Shown here: positions 5,091 to 6,574 of the stretch, piece after piece
How positions within the stretch are numbered: position 1 is the first letter of the stretch
Layout: every line of letters starts with the position of its first letter
IMG/VR virus record: IMGVR_UViG_2778261184_000015
Span: 1-6,574 of that record
From: a virus
Taxonomy: Duplodnaviria; Heunggongvirae; Uroviricota; Caudoviricetes
Direction: 5' to 3' (one strand)
Length of the DNA: 6,574 bases
Notes under the pieces: generated by a model
What the model was told of the DNA's origin: nothing
What the model saw: the letters and a program-made list of their open reading frames with translations, nothing else
The model's database searches: none
Made by a program: the position numbers and the translations under genes

Positions 5091-6059
5091 TTAGTAGGTT
5101 ATTTTTGTTGCGAATACTTCGCCTTTTACGATGGCTGTTATGATATTTTTAGCAACATCTTCTGATGCGCCAACCTTGATAAGGTCAGCAAGTATTTTGT
5201 TATTTACTTCTTTCCGGTGAGCTTTATCCTTTGCTCTACGCTCTTCTTCTTCCTTGATTCTTTTTTCTTCTGCTATTCTGGCTTGCTCTTTTGCTTCAGC
5301 CTCGCGCCGGATTCGTTCAGCCTCCTCCTGTGCTTTTCGGCGTTCTGCTTCAATTGCCGCCTGCTTTTCTCTTTCAGCTCGTTCTGCTGCCTCTTTTGCT
5401 TCGCGCTGTGCTCGTTGCTCGGCTTCAATGCGTTCACGCTCTGCACGTTCCGCTGCGGCCTTAGCTTCTGCTTCTCGCCTTGCTGCTGATTCAATTTCGG
5501 CTTTTGCCTTTGCTTCGGCTTCTGCTCTGGCTTTCTCTTCAGCTTCTCTTTTTAAGCGTTCTTCATGCTCTCGCTTTTCCTGCTCCGCTTTGAGTCTTGC
5601 CTCTTCTCTTTGGCGGTCAAATTCGCGATCCATCAAAATAGCTATTTCATGATCAGACTCAATTTGCTTTGCGAGAGCTTCAGCTGCTGCCTTAGCTTCT
5701 TCTTCGGCTTTAATCCGCGCCTGTTCCTCCTCATAATCAGTAAGAGGCTGGCGAGCCTTGGCTTTCAGTTCATCAAGGCGATCGCGCACTGTCTTGCGGT
5801 TGGCATCAATTAGCTTTGGAATTTCCTTCAGTTCAGCAACAAGGTCTTTGCCAAGACCATCGAGATATGTTTTCGTCTGCGCAACTTTATACGCCAGAGA
5901 AGCAATCTCCTTTCTGCCCTTTGCCGTTGTGATATCAGGCACAAAGGACATAACTTCACGTTCAACCTTTTGGAGAATTTCTTCAATCTGGTCGGCAGAC
6001 TGAAATACAGTCATTGCATTTGCTTTTTCAATAACAACTAAATCTGTTACTTCACTCAT
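5091..6059 (-). CDS. Phage coiled-coil protein with long ER/K-rich helical segment (322 aa); family uncertain, possibly DUF1351-like
   Basis: ATG at 6057-6059 with GGAGG upstream. An N-terminal region of about 100 aa and a C-terminal region of about 40 aa flank roughly 175 residues made almost only of E, A, K and R (EAEAKAKAEIESAARREAEAKAAAERAERE...). The family call is from memory only. Confidence 0.85.
   Translation of the reverse strand: MSEVTDLVVIEKANAMTVFQSADQIEEILQKVEREVMSFVPDITTAKGRKEIASLAYKVAQTKTYLDGLGKDLVAELKEIPKLIDANRKTVRDRLDELKAKARQPLTDYEEEQARIKAEEEAKAAAEALAKQIESDHEIAILMDREFDRQREEARLKAEQEKREHEERLKREAEEKARAEAEAKAKAEIESAARREAEAKAAAERAERERIEAEQRAQREAKEAAERAEREKQAAIEAERRKAQEEAERIRREAEAKEQARIAEEKRIKEEEERRAKDKAHRKEVNNKILADLIKVGASEDVAKNIITAIVKGEVFATKITY
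5220..5750 (-). repeat. Low-complexity coding repeat (GAA/GCA/AAG/CGN-rich codons) encoding the ER/K segment
   Basis: The plus strand here is strongly pyrimidine-biased with short reiterated units (gcttc, ctctt, ttctgc). It generates three overlapping spurious ORFs in the six-frame track. Confidence 0.6.
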
Positions 6060-6070
6060 ATATCCTCCGT

Positions 6071-6099
6071 CAAAAAATTGCCCTCACACTGGAGGGCAA
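6071..6099 (-). terminator. Intrinsic terminator (minus-strand) immediately upstream of the 322-aa gene
   Basis: On the minus-strand RNA: 8-bp stem UUGCCCUC / GAGGGCAA with loop CAGUGU, followed by UUUUUU. The RBS and ATG of the 322-aa gene begin within about 10 nt. The plus strand has no downstream T-tract. Confidence 0.55.
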
Positions 6100-6159
6100 A
6101 GAAGATTTCCAATAATCAGAACAAGTCTGCTCCTGTTTAGTTACGAGCGACATTGCTCC

Positions 6160-6187
6160 GTGTATTCACTCGTTGGAATGAATACAC
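6160..6187. repeat. Perfect 9-bp inverted repeat gtgtattca / tgaatacac with 10-bp spacer
   Basis: Seen directly in the sequence between the two terminator hairpins, in a region with no convincing ORF. Confidence 0.4.
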
Positions 6188-6210
6188 AGTGCAGTGTTTA
6201 TTCTGTTGTT

Positions 6211-6241
6211 TATGCCAAAAATAAAGGCCGACTATGCGGCC
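6211..6241 (-). terminator. Intrinsic terminator (minus-strand) abutting the IS1 end
   Basis: Stem GGCCG / CGGCC (6226-6241) with a 6-nt loop, followed on the minus-strand RNA by UUUAUUUUU (6211-6225). The IS1 left end begins 3 bp away. Confidence 0.5.
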
Positions 6242-6298
6242 TTGGTGATGCTGCCAACTTACTGATTTAGTGTATGATGGTGTTTTTGAGGTGCTCCA

Positions 6299-6574
6299 GT
6301 GGCTTCTGTTTCTATCAGCTGTCCTTCCTGCTCCGCTACTGAAGGCGTGGTGCGTAACGGCAAAAGCACTGCCGGACATCAGCGCTATCTCTGCTCTCAC
6401 TGCCGTAAAACATGGCAACTGCAGTTCACTTACACCGCTTCTCAACCCGGTACGCACCAGAAAATCATTGATATGGCCATGAATGGCGTTGGATGCCGGG
6501 CAACTGCCCGCATTATGGGCGTTGGCCTCAACACGGTTTTACGTCACTTAAAAAACTCAGGCCGCAGTCGGTAA
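6299..6574 (+). CDS. insA: IS1 InsA (91 aa), transposition regulator and N-terminal part of the InsAB' transposase
   Basis: The 91-aa product [89 protein letters not shown] matches IS1 InsA with two substitutions relative to the copy I recall (D to E, I to V). The stop is at 6572-6574. Confidence 0.95.
   Translation: MASVSISCPSCSATEGVVRNGKSTAGHQRYLCSHCRKTWQLQFTYTASQPGTHQKIIDMAMNGVGCRATARIMGVGLNTVLRHLKNSGRSR
6548..6556 (+). other. IS1 programmed -1 ribosomal frameshift site (TTAAAAAAC, the A6C slippery motif)
   Basis: The motif sits in the insA frame as L-K-N near the insA 3' end, where the IS1 frameshift that produces InsAB' is known to occur. Confidence 0.7.

Larger units (their letters stand above)
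6244..6574 (+). mobile_element. IS1 insertion sequence, left end and first 331 bp (element continues beyond the window)
   Basis: The terminal sequence GGTGATGCTGCCAACTTACTGAT starting at 6244 matches the IS1 left inverted repeat as I recall it. It is followed by a complete insA. IS1 is about 768 bp, so roughly 440 bp lie outside the window. Confidence 0.95.

Noticed and set aside
5217-6003. Track ORFs 5217..5489, 5254..5652, 5565..5813, 5758..6003 (plus) and 5273..5494 (minus)
   Set aside because: They arise from the low-complexity repeat encoding the ER/K segment, which stays open in several frames; the translations are Ser/Cys/Phe/Leu-rich with no RBS.
6100-6243. Possible 3' remnant of a minus-strand gene, such as an N-like antiterminator, between the hairpin and IS1
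   Set aside because: All three minus-strand frames hit stop codons within a few codons of the IS1 junction; the only ATG-initiated ORF is 27 aa with no SD.
6137-6482. Track ORFs 6137..6457 (minus) and 6270..6482 (plus) spanning the IS1 junction
   Set aside because: The first is antisense to insA and crosses the IS1 boundary; the second is in the +1 frame relative to insA, not the insB' frame. Neither matches a known IS1 product.
1-6574. CRISPR arrays, rRNA or tRNA genes
   Set aside because: No regularly spaced direct repeats and no cloverleaf-capable or rRNA-like segments were seen on either strand.

Overview
This window looks like the integrase-proximal early-left arm of a lambdoid prophage from an Enterobacteriaceae (E. 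coli/Shigella-type) genome, cut at its right edge by an IS1 element. Almost all real genes are on the minus strand and read right to left as one tightly packed operon: a coiled-coil ER/K-rich protein, a cIII homolog overlapping a Kil-like small ORF, two overlapping small ORFs, a Rad52-family annealase, an SSB with an unusual C-terminal extension, two hypothetical ORFs, two tandem Ea22-like genes, a Lar-family restriction-alleviation protein, an ASCH/DUF3850-like protein, three small orphan ORFs (one a zinc ribbon) and an excisionase/AlpA-family gene. Four of the small genes (cIII, the Kil-like ORF and the 52- and 56-aa ORFs) are under 60 aa and absent from the supplied ORF track; I found them by hand translation. 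The order cIII - kil - recombination module - ea22 - xis mirrors lambda. The IS1 left end starts at 6244 and contains a complete insA, with the element continuing past the window end. Several minus-strand hairpin-plus-U-tract terminators sit inside and upstream of the operon. No rRNA, tRNA or CRISPR array was found. All family assignments rest on motif recognition and recalled reference sequences, not on database searches, which I could not run.
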